A stretch of 64,000 nt of DNA from assembly GCA_013239625.1 (NCBI GenBank), contig MU053934.1, positions 10,065,352-10,129,351 on the forward strand. Reading direction: 5' to 3'. The DNA comes from Lama guanicoe. Its lineage: Eukaryota. Shown here one piece after another: positions 1-12,591 of this stretch. Position numbers and translations under genes: made by a program. The notes beneath the pieces were generated by a model that saw only the letters and a list, made by a program, of their open reading frames with translations, was not told the DNA's origin and made no database searches. How positions within the stretch are numbered: the stretch's first letter is position 1; every line of letters starts with the position of its first letter.

Positions 1-3000
1 AGCCCACTTCCTGCACGCTGACTGCCTCTGTCGGGGGGTCTTCAGGAGGGAGACGAGCAGCTCCTTCTAGGTTCACGCAGGCGCTCCCTCCACAGGGGAG
101 GGGCAGCGGGGCCGCAGCAGCCTGGGTTCTTCCCATTTCTGGGCCCCGGGCTACAGGGCCCTTTCGTTTTGAGCATCCCTGGTCCTTTCATCTCCTCAGT
201 CTGAAAGGCTGTTTCCTCTTTCTGGGAATTAACGTGGAAGTCCCAGGCCGAGTACTGGAGGTGGCGGAGGCACGTGTAGCCCCGCTAGGAGTGGAGCCGG
301 GTTCCCTGACCGCAGTGATGAGAGCTCGGGGCTGGAGGTGCTGTTTCTGATACTGACGCCGCCAGGCTGGGAGCCGCGCTCTGCCCGAACCGCAGGGAGG
401 AGGCCATCTCTGCCTCAGGCCCGTGGCCCCTCGGGGAGCGAGCTGGCCTTGAGCTCGGGCGTCTCAGTGCAGGGCAGAGCCCTCTGGCTACACTGCCCCG
501 TGTGTTTCTGGACTCCGGACCGCATTAGCTCTGTTCCCCGTGGGCCTTCCTGGGTATTCTGCTCCTTGGGGAGGCCCTCCTCCCAGGGTCTGGCGTTCAC
601 TGGCTCTGCCAGAGGGCCAGCTCCAGCGCTGCTGTGCGCCCAGCCGCTGGCATGTCTGCGGTCTGCCGGCTTCCTTCTCACACGGGCTGCGCACTTGAGC
701 GTGGGCTGTGCCGCTGGGGCCCGACTCGACACAGTTCTCAAGTGTGCCGTGTGGACGCTCTGTGCCTGCTCCTCGTACACCTCGCTGCAGGGTTGAGATG
801 AGCCTTCTTTCAGTGAACACTTCTACTAAACGCAAGCATAGACTCCGTCTTGCTGGCTCTAAGGCTTCCAGGCAGTTGAGACAAACGATGTTTGATTCCT
901 CCTTCCGGGTGGGCTCCTGGTCCTCGGCCTCCTTCCTCGGCAGTGTGCGGGCTTGTCAGAGGACACGAGCACAGGTGCGTGGAGAGGCAGGGCTGAGGAT
1001 GGGGTCTGCAGAGGGGAGGGGTCCCTGGGCATCACCGTGGACCTTGAGGGCTGGAGGCAGACCCTCGATGCGCTCAGTGCACCTGCTTCTCTTGTCATGT
1101 AAGTGTGCCTGCAGGCGGCGAGGCCAGCCAGTTGGGTGAGGTCTTGGGGGTGAAGTCACAGAAGGAGTGGATGACGGGGTCAGGAGGAGAGGGGCACTGG
1201 GGGCAGCAGGTGGGTCTTCGGTGGCACAGGTGGCCGGGGAGAGCCAGGAGGCCGCTGGCTGGAAGAGGGTGGGAGGAGCTGCACGAGGCAGGGTGAATGT
1301 GTCATGTTGTTCCTGCGTGACTGTGGAGTGAGGTCCTGTCCGAGGGTGGGACGCTGAGTGGTGGGTGGGAGGTGGGGCAGCTGGGGCACAGCTTTTTGTG
1401 CAGGACCCATGAATGTGGGGTGGTGAGTTTGTGGCCGAGAGCTGGCAGTGGTTCAGCCTAGAGGCAGCTATCTGAGAAGCGTTAACTAGGGAAGGTCACT
1501 ACGGTCAGGGAGAGCGTCATTGTCCACAGCCTCGGGGGAAGGCAGAGTTGGGGACTGGGCTCTGGATGCGCTGATGGGTCTGAGGAGTGTCCAGATAGGC
1601 TGGCAGGGAACTAGGAAGAGACGGGAGAAAGGCTGTGTGCGGCAGAAGGAGGCGGGCAGAAGCAGCAGGGAGGGGAGGTCGGGAAATGGGGCTTGGTGAT
1701 GGGGTGATGGCCAGCTGCCGGGCTGGTAGGACTGGACTTTTCCATGTTAATTTCAAAAGCCTTCCCCACCCCCTTACTCATATTTTGCACTTTTATTGTG
1801 ATGTAACTGACGTAGAACACTGTGTTAGTTTCAGGTGTGCTGAGTGTGACAGGAGACGAGATCCTGTCCCTGCTGCAGGCAGCTCATGGCCCGAAGGGGA
1901 GAGCAGATTGCTGAGAGCCCCTGGGTGGGGCAGGCGGTGCTGCCAGGCCTCTGGTCTGGGTCCTTTGGGTCGTGCGTCTGCCTGCCTCCCTGGGCGGGGG
2001 GGAGTTTCCGACCACGCAGTGGGCGGAGGGGTGGCGGCATTGTTTACTGTTGTAGTCATGGTGTTTCATTCATTTTCCTCCAAAGCCCTCTAAAGTGAAT
2101 TTCTTTGAAAACTTACCCTCCTGAACATATTTGACAAATCTGGGGAGCATCACTACATGTTAGAGTGAGTCTAATGGTAAATCAGTCGCTAATTTAGCTC
2201 ATATTTCAGGAAACTGCTGTGGAGCCCGAAGGAGACAGTGAGCGATGCCTGTGCATGCAGAAGGGGTCGATGAGCTGTCGGCTGGAGCTGACTGCAGGGG
2301 CTGCCTGTTGGCTTCGTGTGTCTGAAATACAGGGAGGCGTTTAGTCGTGAATGTGCTCATGGAGTTCTTCATTTGCTTTATGATGCTTAGGACACTGCAG
2401 CTTGGATACGTTTCTTTTCTGTACTTTTATTTCCTCTCACTCTTCACTCTTTTGCTCAGTTCCATTGTTACCCGCTGCTAATTAACCTTTAATTAAAAAC
2501 AAAACAAGCTCTCCTGGTGTTGTCCCATCAGTTTTGTTTCAGAGCCGGTGCCGTGGTAAAGGGGGATCCATGTTCACACCTGATGGAAGTTTGCCAGGAT
2601 ACTCAGGAAGGAGTCTCCTTACTGTTACAACCTGGAGCCATGCGACCTTGGACTCCGGACTCCTCCCTTCTTGGCGCCTGCGCTATGCCCTGTGCTGTCT
2701 CCACCTTCCTTCTCCCTCTGTGGCGCTTACCTGTATCTGAGTGACTGTGTGCTGTCGTGGGAGCACCCTGGGGGCAGGCGGTCACCGGCTCCCTGGCGCC
2801 TTTGCAGCCCCCGTGTGGGGCCTGGCCTGGGGCAGCTGCTCAGCCAGCGTCTGCTGAGTGACTTGAGTGAAGCAGGACTCAGGGCCGTCCGTGACTGTTT
2901 AAGACATCACCGTTTTGTGGGCTCTCCAGTGAGGACCACGCCTCAGAGCTTGGCTGTCCATAAGCAGGCCCTCAGCCAGCCTTTGATTCTGAGTTTTTAA

Positions 3001-3509
3001 AAACCTTTCCTGCACTGTGGTGTAAAGCAGCCTGAACAGAATCCAGACGCGGTGGTGTTGGTCCCAGGGACCCAGCTCTCTTTTGGCCATTCCTGCATCT
3101 GTCCTCACCTCTGACCCGTCTGCCTTGGACCGCCCCACCCAGTTATCGCTTTAAACCTCAGCTTTACCCCTTGTTTGTCGTCTCTCTTTCCCTTACCAGT
3201 GGGGGCATTTTCATGGAGTCTCCCTGTCCCTTATGCAGAAGAGGTGACCTTTATGAGAACTCGGGGCTCTCGGGGAGGTCCTCCTATTTGGGGTCCTCTT
3301 CAGGGCACATCCTGGGGCACCCCTCTGCCTGCCCCTCCCTGGCCTGTCCTGTGCTGTCCTGTCCTTTGTGTGGGTCCAGCCCTCTCCCTGGGTGTGAGCC
3401 TCTGTTACATCACAGGGCTGGAAGCTGTGATGCTTCGTCAGTTCTCACTTATTTGTTCCTCCATCTGAGAGTCCCTCCTGGCTGCTTGATTGTGTGATCA
3501 CCAGGATGT

Positions 3510-3760
3510 GCACGGACTGGACTCAGAAGACACAGCTCGTGGTCTCCGCTATTGCCTGCTGGTAACAAATTAGGCCTTCCTAAGTTTCAGTTCTTAGTTA
3601 GGGTGATAAGATGCCATCATTTTCACAAGAAGTGTACTGAAATGTTTGGTTCTGTGATGGTAGCAGCCCAGACCTGCTATTCGGGGCAGCAGAAGTGGAC
3701 TTGGACCTGTTTAAAGGTTTATTGGGTGACGTTGGTCAGCTGAGCACTCGGCGCTGAAGG
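3510..3760 (+). mobile_element. MIR SINE remnant
   Basis: Degenerate MIR core (…tttcagttcttagttagggtgataag…); boundaries approximate. Confidence 0.45.
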
Positions 3761-3869
3761 AGCTCCTTCGCACTGGGCCTCCCCCGACGGCGCACCCACC
3801 TGCCTGGTACCTGGGCCCGGGGCGACCGTCCTGGTCCTTCCCACCTACACTCCCCCTCCCACCCCTTCC

Positions 3870-4630
3870 TCTTTGAACATCTGTCGAGAGATATCATTTA
3901 CACACTGTACATTTCACCCATTTAAAGCGTACAATTCAGTGTTTTTAGTATATTCATCTACTTGTATGACCATCACCACCGTCAGTTTTAGAACATTTTC
4001 ACCACCACAGACAGAAGCCCAGTTCTCATCAGCAGTGGTTCCCCAGCCCCTCCTCCCCAGCCCCTCGCAACCACTAATTGACTTTTTGTTTCTGTAGATT
4101 TGCCTGTTATGGACGTTTCACGTAAATGAAATTTTATGTGGGTCCTGGCTGACTGGCTTCTTACACTGAGCGTGACGTTTTCAAGGTTCATCCACGTTGG
4201 GAGTGTTCCTTTTTATGGCCCAATAATTAATGTTCCATTGTATGGCCGGGACATTTGATTCATCTGTTCATCAGCTGATGGACTTTTGGACTGTCCACAT
4301 TTTGACTCTTATGAAACAACGCTCTGCAAGGCTTTTGTGTAGACGTGTGTTTCCATTTCTCTGGGTACATCCCTGGGAGTGGAATCGCAGGGTCATGTGG
4401 TGAATATTTGACTTTTTGAAAGACCTGCCAGGCTGTTTTCTTGAGAGGGGCAGGAGTTTTCTCTCCCGTCAGTGGTGTGCGAGTGTTTCAGTTTCTCTGC
4501 GTCCTCCCCAGCACGTTAGTTATCCTCAAACTTTCGCCTTCCTCCTGGCTGTGAAGTGGCATCTAATTGTGCTGCTGCTTTGCGTCTCTCAGGTGGCTAG
4601 TGATGCTGAGCTTCCTTTTGAGAGATTTCT
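3870..4630 (-). mobile_element. Old L1 (L1MB-like) 3' end
   Basis: ttcacccatttaaagcgtacaattcagtg…gactggcttcttacactgagc…gaagtggcatctaattgtg, typical antisense L1M 3' region; ORF 3988..4191 resembles the L1 ORF2 C-terminus. Confidence 0.8.
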
Positions 4631-6002
4631 GTGTCCCGTGTAGGAGGAACAGGGTGGGGGAGACTTGGACTTATCAGAATTGTGTCTTTGAGGGGTGCTC
4701 CAGGCACGGCACTCCTGGGCACTCGGTGCATATGAGACGGTGCTCCGGTAGCCGCGCCTGCAAACCCCTGCCCTCACAGAGCCAGAGCCAGGGTTAAAAA
4801 GCTGCAGCACATTTTGGACATTCAAAAAGGCACACAGATGACTGAGTACAGGGTTTGTGGAGCACGCACACGGTGGGAGCTGCTGTGTTCTTTTCCTGAC
4901 CCAGCTCCTTCCCCCGCTTCCCCTGGTCACCTCGATTCTGGATTCGGAATTTCATGTGCTCTTTTCCCCCGCCGTGCCTGCGGGAGGGTGTTTGCCCATG
5001 CATGTAGGTATCCAGAAATGACGTATCATTTTGCATTAAGATCTTTCTGTAAGTGACGTTGTGCTGTGCGTGTTCAGCCTCTTAGCGTTACGTCGGTGAG
5101 CTTCCCCGTCCTGACGCCCGTGGCTGTAGTCCTTCGTGGTTGCTGTGGTTGGCGTTTCATTCTATGCGTGTGTCTAGTTCGTTTATTCACTGTTCCGTCG
5201 ATAACGGACATCTGGATTTTTCCTAACCTTTTCTCTTTGGAGTGTAGCGGGCATCACCGAGCCTGTCTCCTTGTGTGCTTCTGCCAGCGTTTTGCCAGGG
5301 TGTAGGGCTGAAAGTGGAATTACGTCCTGTGGCTCTGCTTTTCGTAAGGAATCATTAGGGTTCAGTAAATTACTGTAGTGTTTTAACGCAGTATAATTTA
5401 TTGAAAAGCTCATTGGTTGATGTACTTTTTAAAGAAAGATTTCATTATCTGAAATGAGGTAGGTGTGTTCTTTGCCACTGATTCTTTAAAAACAGCTCTC
5501 GTTGAAGCCTGTTTTTCTTTTTAGCTGTGCAAGACCAAATCAAAATGTAGTTTTAATAAGATAAAATGAAGTTCCTTTCAGTCTGAGCTTGAACTTTGCT
5601 GGGACATTTTCTGCTCAGTAAACGTAAGTGGTTTGCCCATGAAGAATGAATGAGTTTCCTGCTGTGCCGGGAGGGGGAGGCCTGCAGTCGTGGTAAGGCT
5701 GCAGACTCTGTGGAAGCAACCTGCGCGTGGCGGGCTGTGGACCAGCCTGCCCGCTGGCGTGAGCCGTGCACGTGCAACAGGGCATCGTGGGAGACGGCAG
5801 AGGCTCGGGGAGAGTCAGGCTGGTGGGACTGGGAAGTGCTGTCTGTAGGTCGCTTGGCCGTATTCTCGCTGCTGCTGTATGGTTCTCTCGTTCCATGCAC
5901 GTTCTTCTTCCCATTTCTGGGATGAGGAAGCTAAAGCTCAGAACAATTACTTGCTTAATACTCTGTCAGCTTTGAAGTATTTGCAGTGAACCCAGGCCTT
6001 TT

Positions 6003-6727
6003 TTTTAAAAATTAAAAATAAATTTTAAATTGAAGTATAGTAAGTTTACAATGTTGTGTTAGTTTCTGGTGCACATTACAGTGTTTCAGTTATACACATG
6101 TATATATTCATATATATTCTTTTTCATATTTGTTTTCATTATAGGTTATTATAGGGTATTGAATATAATTCCCTGTGCTATACCTATTTTATATATAGTA
6201 GTTTGTGTCTGCTAATCCCGAACTCCTTTTTATCTCCCCCACAACTGGTAACCATACGTTTATTTTCTATGCCTCTGATTCTCTTTCTGTTTTGTAAATA
6301 AGTTCATTGTGTCATTTTTTTTCAGATTCCACATGTAAGTGATACCATATGATACTTGTCTTTCTCTGTCTGACTTACTTCACTTAGTATGATAATCTCT
6401 AGGTCCATCCATGTTGCTGCAAATGGCATTATTTCATTCCTTTTTATGGCTGAGTAATATTCCATTGTATATATATACCTCATCTTCTTTATCCAGTCAT
6501 CTGTCGATGGACACTGAAGTTGCTTCCATGTCTTGGCTACTGTACATAGTGCTGCTGTGAACACTGAGGTGCATGTATCTTTTCGAATTACAGTTTTCTC
6601 CAGGTCTATGTCAGGAGTGGGATTGCTGGATCGAACAATAACTCTATTTTTAGTTTTTACAGGAATCTCCATGCTGTTTTCCATAGTGGCTGCACCAATT
6701 TGCATTCCTACCAGCAGTGTAGGAATG
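6003..6727 (-). mobile_element. 5'-truncated L1 (ORF2 C-terminus plus 3' UTR) with 13-bp TSD, inserted in a MIR-like remnant
   Basis: ORF 6322..6705 (…WIKKMRYIYTMEYYSAIKRNEIMPFAATWMDLEIIILSEVSQ…) is the L1 ORF2 C-terminus. TSD ACCCAGGCCTTTT at 5990-6002 and 6728-6740; T-rich tail on the left. Confidence 0.92.
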
Positions 6728-6999
6728 ACCCAGGCCTTTTGAGTTTTGAAACTGGAAGCTTCCTACCAAGGTCAGGAGAGCAACCATCAAATTTTAGGAA
6801 AGGGACCATGACGGATGGTTGGTACTTGACGTAGGTAGGCTGATACCTTTTTTTAGCGGAAAAAAAAAAAGAAAGAAAGAAAGAAAAAGAAAGTTCATGG
6901 GTGTCCCTGGGAAGTCTTGAAGGCTGGGGCCGAGATCAGAGGACGGCCGAGTCACTCGCATGTGTAGCGTTGGTGCTGGCTGTGCTGGGACCAGCCTGT

Positions 7000-8418
7000 A
7001 TTTGACAAATACAGTATTTGTCTTTCTCTGCCTGACTTATTTCACTAAGCTTAATGCCCTCCAGGTCCATCCAGGTTGTTGCAAATGACAAAAAATACCA
7101 TTCTTTTTTAAGGCTGAGTAGGTTGCAGCTTTATTCTTTTGCACGTGGATATCTCGTTGTCCCAGCACCGTTTACTGAAAAACAGCTCTTTCTCCATTGA
7201 AGGGTCTTGGTGCCCTTATAGAAAATCGATTGACTGTAAATGTGTGGACTCTGGGCTCTCAGTTCTGTTCCATCGATCTCTGTGTTGATCCTGACGCCAG
7301 TACCATACTGACCTGATTACTGAATCTTTTAGTGAGTTTTGATATCTGTTGGTGTGAGTCCTCCAACTTTATTCTTTTTCAAGATTGTCTTAACCTGGTC
7401 CTCCTGGGCCCCTTGCGTTCCTGTATGAATTTCAGGGTCATCTTTCCAGTTTTCTGCACAGAAGCTGGCTGGTGTTTGGGTAGGGATTGCGTTGACTCTG
7501 TACTGAATTTGGGGAGTCTTAACAATGTTAAGTCTTCTAATACACAAACATGAGTATCTTTCCATCGATTTAGCTTTCTTTAATTTCTTTCAACAGTATT
7601 TTTTAGTTTTCAGAATATCATTTTTATACGTCTTTTCTTAATCTGTTCCTAAACGTATCATTCTTTTTGGTGCTATTATAAGTGGAATTGTTTTCTTAAC
7701 TTCGTTTCTGGATTGTTCATTGACAGTGTTTAGAAATGCCACAGATATTTTTATGATCAAATACAAATCTTGTGTCTTAAAACCTTGCTGAGTTTGCTTT
7801 TTAGCTCTTACCCTTTTTTAGTGGCTTCCTTAGTATTTTCTGTATGAAAGTATACCATCACGTTAGATAGTTTTACTTCTTCCTTTCTGACCGGGGTGCC
7901 GTTTATTTCTCACTCTTGCCTAATTGCCCTGCCTGGCACCTCGGTACGACACTGGGTAAAAGTGGTGAGAGTGGGCGTGCTTGTCTTGTTCCTGATCTCA
8001 GGGAAGACCTTTAGTCTTTCACCCTCAAGTATGGTGTTAGCGATGGGTTTTTTGTAGATGTCCTTATTAGGATAAGGACATTTCCTTCTATTTCCAGTTT
8101 CTTGAGCATTTTTATTATGAAAGGAAGTGCTGAATTTTGTCAAGGGCTTTTTCTGCAGCTACTGAAGCCATCCTGTAGTTTTGTCCTTTCCCTATTGGGA
8201 TTTTTGGTTATTTAGCCAACCTTGCATTCCTTGGATAAATCCCACTTGGTTAAGGCGTGTAGTCCTTTTTTTATGTTGCTGGATTTGGTTTGCTAGTATT
8301 TTGTTGAGGACTTTGTGGGTGTGTTTTTGAGATGTTGGTCTATAGTTTTCTTCTCTTGTGATGTCCTGTTTGGTTTTCGTATCAGGATAATGCTGGCCTC
8401 ATAGAATTAGCTGGGAAG
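7000..8418 (-). mobile_element. Degenerate L1 ORF2 (RT-region) fragments
   Basis: ORFs 7329..7565 (RRLNIVK…YRVNAIP) and 7910..8143 (KPIANTILEGERLKVFP) resemble L1 ORF2 and are broken by frameshifts. Confidence 0.88.
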
Positions 8419-9787
8419 TGGGCAGGCTCCTGCTCCTCTCCCCTTTACAGGACAGCTCTGCTGCTTCTGCCTCTGCTGTGTTTCTAGGTAAAAGTTCTTT
8501 TGGAAAGTTGGTTTACTGCTAAAACAGCCCTCTTCACACACAGATGAAACCTCACAGGACAACAAAACTGGGGCTGCATGTACCAACACGGACACGTGAA
8601 AGGCACCTTGAGAGAAAGGAAAGTTGCAGGAAGATATATAAAGATACGTATATAATATAACACAAACTTTACAAATGGGCAGAATAATATCATATGTTGC
8701 CTAGAGATCCAGAGTCTTCAGTGAAAGAGTAAACACTTAGATAAGAATTACGAATGTCAGATTCAGGTTGGTAGGGTTTCAACTCTCTTGTATGACAAAG
8801 TGATAGCATTCGATGGGCCCAGAATCACTCTTTGTTGTTTGTGTGGGTATTTTTCATGGTCTTTGTGCCATTAAGCCGGCCTTGCAACCTGCCAGCTGGC
8901 TGTGACCTCAGACAGGCCCCTTAAGCTCCCTGTCTGTCAGCGTCTCCATCCTCACCGCAGGGCTCATCGTGTCTGCCTGTTGGGTTGTGCAGATGGAAGG
9001 AGTGAACACCCTGAGTTTAGAATAACTCAGATCTAGGTCTCTGATGACTCCAACTGTGACATTCTGTGTTTTATTGTCTGTGGGATTTCACGCTGAAGAA
9101 CAGGCAGGGGTTGGGAGCAGATTTGGAGTCTGCGAGGAGAGGTGGAGGCTGAGCGGTGGGTGCACGGTGGGGTGGGCATAGCGGGGTGGGCACGGTGTTG
9201 TCCCTTCCCCCTCCTGTGGGTTCATGCCTTTGGTGGAAGCTCCCCACCCAGACCTGCACCTCGCCCAGCGTCCCTCCCCATGGGACATGCAGCGGTCCCG
9301 TCCTCATCACCTGTCATGTCACAGTGACACGTGGTCTGTCCATGGGTTTGAATGGCATGGGGCCGCTTACGTGTGCGTGCTTTTCAGTGGTAAATACTAG
9401 AGTCCTGTGCCATCTGTGGATGGGGAGCTGCAGTTGTGGAGAGCTGTGGATGTGGAGGGCCGACTAGAAGTGACACTCAGATTTTCTAGTGCGGGGCAGT
9501 CGGCACCCCCATGCCATGGGCTCCAGGGTCAGCTCTGTGAGCCTACGGCCTCTGTACCTGCATTCTTCATGTCCCAGGCGTTCTAGGACTTTATCCTCAA
9601 GAAGTCCTCACATGTGTGACAGTGTTGTCCCCAGAGAAGTTGATTGCTGTTTTCATCATCACAAAAAACTTCAAACAAGTTAAATGTCTCACAGTCAATG
9701 TTGGTTAAATGAATCACGGTGTCACCATCTGGTGGGACACTGTGAAGTTAGAGGTGAAGTTGTCCAGGGGGATGTCACAGGCAGTGA

Positions 9788-10308
9788 TGATGTTGCAGCC
9801 AAGTGTGTTACAGCTCGGTGTGACAGCTCAGTGTGACAGCTTGGTGTGACAGCAACCTGGATCCAGGCAAGAGACTAGGCAGCATTCGGAGGGTGGAGAA
9901 CTCAGGTTTACTGTATGCTGGCGGTCCCAGAGAAGTTAACACTCCAAGCTCTGGACTCTGTCTGTAGGTTTACATAGGCGTTTATAGGCTACCAGTCTAG
10001 ACTTTGCAACATTTTGCAACATCATATGCAAATAAGGTATAACAAATGGACCAGTCAGGAGTGATTGAAATGGACCAATCAGGAGTAAGCTTTATGGAAA
10101 TGAGGTGTTAGAAATGGACCAATCAGGAGTGAGCTTTAGGAACCAATAGATTCTTAGGGGTAAGTTCCGTTCTCCTAGAAGCAAGCCGTTTTACAGAAGC
10201 AAAAAGCAAGATAATACCACTGGGTCAGGGAACTGGATGGCACTGGTGGGAAAGTAGTGTCCCTGCCTGGGGGTCCTGCCAGTTTTTTTCATGGGGCTTC
10301 CCACCTCA
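9788..10308 (-). mobile_element. Solo ERV LTR (ERV1-like), antisense to TBC1D22A
   Basis: TG…CA termini with possible 4-bp TSD GTGA (9784-9787, 10309-10312). On the minus strand, CCAAT-box repeats (about 10045-10150) are followed by TATA-like CTATAAA (9981-9987) and AGTAAA (9907-9912). Left boundary could be 9806 instead. Confidence 0.75.
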
Positions 10309-11238
10309 GTGAGGTAACTGGTACTCATCACACTGATTTTTAAAAACTTTTGAAACTCGGAAATAGTTATAGATTTCAGGAGTTGCAGAGAAATGTACGG
10401 GGAAATCGCCTGTGTCCTCATTATTGTTTTAAAATGTATGTTAACTGCATGTATTTTTTGTGTATATCACACAATATGTGTAAAGTCAATAAATGCGTCT
10501 AAGTAAATTGGAGTGCAGTAATATGGGAAGGTAGTCATGATGTGTTACTAGGTAAACGAGGTCAGTTTCAGTCTGTTTTAAGAAGCTAAGAAGACATTCA
10601 TCTATATACTAACAGCTCTGTGTCTGCGGTTTTCTGTTTTCTGTTTATTTTGCTCTCCGTCTGTGTTTATCTTTACACACACTCACCGTACAAGCTTCTG
10701 CATTAGAGTGTTACAGTGGTTGTCTGTTCCACGTGGACCGCGTCGGGACTGACCGCTGGTGGCTTACACAAGCAGGGGTTTGTTTGTTTCCTGTAAATGA
10801 AAGTCTGAGGGAGGTGGTCCAGCTTGGGCTGGCGGCCCCCAAAGCCACCCGAGACCTGGCCCCGTCCCCATCTCCTGACCTGCCATCCCCCGTGGGAGGC
10901 TTTATTTCTCATGCTCATTTCTCCTGGTGGCGGACGGCTGAGGGGCCTCTCGGTCTCCTGCTTGTGCTCCAGGCAGGATGACGGGGAAAGCTCAGGGCCA
11001 GGGCTGTGCTGGCCAGCCTTTCTCCGTCTCTCAGGCCCAGAAGATCCTCGTTTATTTCAGACTGGCCTGCTCCGGGTCATGTGACCACGTGGCTGGTGGT
11101 GGGGAGGGGCGGCGGTGGGGTTGCTCAGCTGACAGTCCTGGGTGTCTGCCACGCGTGTTGTTTTGTTTCCATCTAGTTCCCAAATGTACTCTGATGAACA
11201 CAGACTTTCACAATGAGACCGTCAAGTCTTAAAAAAAA

Positions 11239-11293
11239 TATGTATGTGTGTGTATATATACATATACATATACGTATACATATACATACATAT
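11239..11293. repeat. (TATACA)n/(TG)n microsatellite
   Basis: tatgtatgtgtgtgtatatatacatatacatatacgtatacatatacatacata. Confidence 0.9.
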
Positions 11294-11730
11294 TTATTTA
11301 CCTTTTCATAACTCTAGTCCATCTTCAGACAGAATGGGACCAGGTGAGAATTTCCAGACGGGCCTTTCATCGTCAGTCTTTCAGTCCTGCCTGTGACCCC
11401 TGGTCTGAGAGCAGAGGCTGCGGGCACCTCACCGAGGCGGGGCCGCTCCCCGCAGCCTGTCCCTAGTTGGTGCCCGAGGCTCTGCGGGGAGGCTGTCAGA
11501 GCCGTGGGTCCCTGCACTGGGCCCAGCCACAGGGAGGCTGAATGCCCTTCTTGTTTGGGATGTGGTCTTGGATGGCGCCCCTCTGCCTTCCCAGATGGGC
11601 CCCTGGGCCCCGCAGTGGCCCGAGTTGCTCCCTGAGTGTGGGTTCTGAGGAGCTGGTCGCCTCCCGGAGTGAGTGGGGGTCCCAGGAGAGCTGCAGAGAG
11701 GCTAATTGTCTTCTCTTTCTCTCCAAGCAG

Positions 11731-11787
11731 CATCCGGCACGTGTACGGTGCCCAGCACCCCCCCTTTGACCCCCTGCTCCACGGCAC
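11731..11787 (+). CDS. TBC1D22A: TBC1D22A coding exon 2 (57 nt), (S)IRHVYGAQHPPFDPLLHG(T)
   Basis: Branch-like CTAAT at 11702, pyrimidine tract, ccaagcag| acceptor, donor AC|GTAAGT. Peptide matches recalled human SIQHVYGAQHPPFDPLLHGT. Not shown in the ORF track in this frame. Confidence 0.95.
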
Positions 11788-12324
11788 GTAAGTGATGGCC
11801 CACCTCTCGCCAGGCTGTCCCCAGGCTTGTTCTAGGGGGGCTGCGGTGGCCCTCCAGCTCCCTGGGATTCCTGCGGGGGAGGCAAGTGGCCTTCCATTCA
11901 GCAAACATGTCCCAGAATGGGAGCCAGTGTGGGAGAGTGGCGCCCCAGGCTGGACGTAGGGCCTGGCTCTGCCGGTGGTCACTTTACTTGCCTTACTCTC
12001 TGCTGCGCCCCCCATGCAGTGCCCCTCCGCTGGCTCTGCCCCCTGCCTGGGCTCTTCCCCCAGAGGTGGGCGAGGGGATGCGGGGGCCCCTCAGGACCGC
12101 GCCTGTTGGTTGAGTCTCTGACTGTGGTGGGGCCAGTGTTGAGGGTCGTCCTGCCGTGGGGGAGCCTGGAATTGTACCGTATCCAGACCCACCTGCCAGG
12201 GGCCTGTTCCTGTGAACACTCTCTCCCCGATCCCCAGCTGCTGCCCGGGGAGGTCTGCAGAGGTGTCGGGCTGAGAGCGGGGGTTTGGGGGCTCCCATAA
12301 CACGAGGCTGGGGGTTGGGTATGA

Positions 12325-12371
12325 GCACCCTCATAGTGTGGTGCTGCACCCTCATAGTGCGGTGCTGCACC
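12325..12371. repeat. 21-bp tandem duplication (GCACCCTCATAGTGYGGTGCT x2.2) in intron 2
   Basis: Two copies differing at one position, plus a partial third. Confidence 0.92.
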
Positions 12372-12591
12372 GTCTGCAGGGCAGAGACTCCCAGTGGGAC
12401 CCTCCCCCAAATCTCTCCTCCCTTCTGGTCACGGCCGCTCGTGAACTCTGCTCGGGCTCTGTCGAAGGTCTCTGGGTTGTGTCTTCGCTTTGACCTCACC
12501 CTCAGCTCTCGTCCAGGGTTCCTCTCTGACGGTCTTGGGGGGACCCTTCTCCACTCCCAGGACACCAGTAAAGGCTGCCTTTGCTTTGCAG

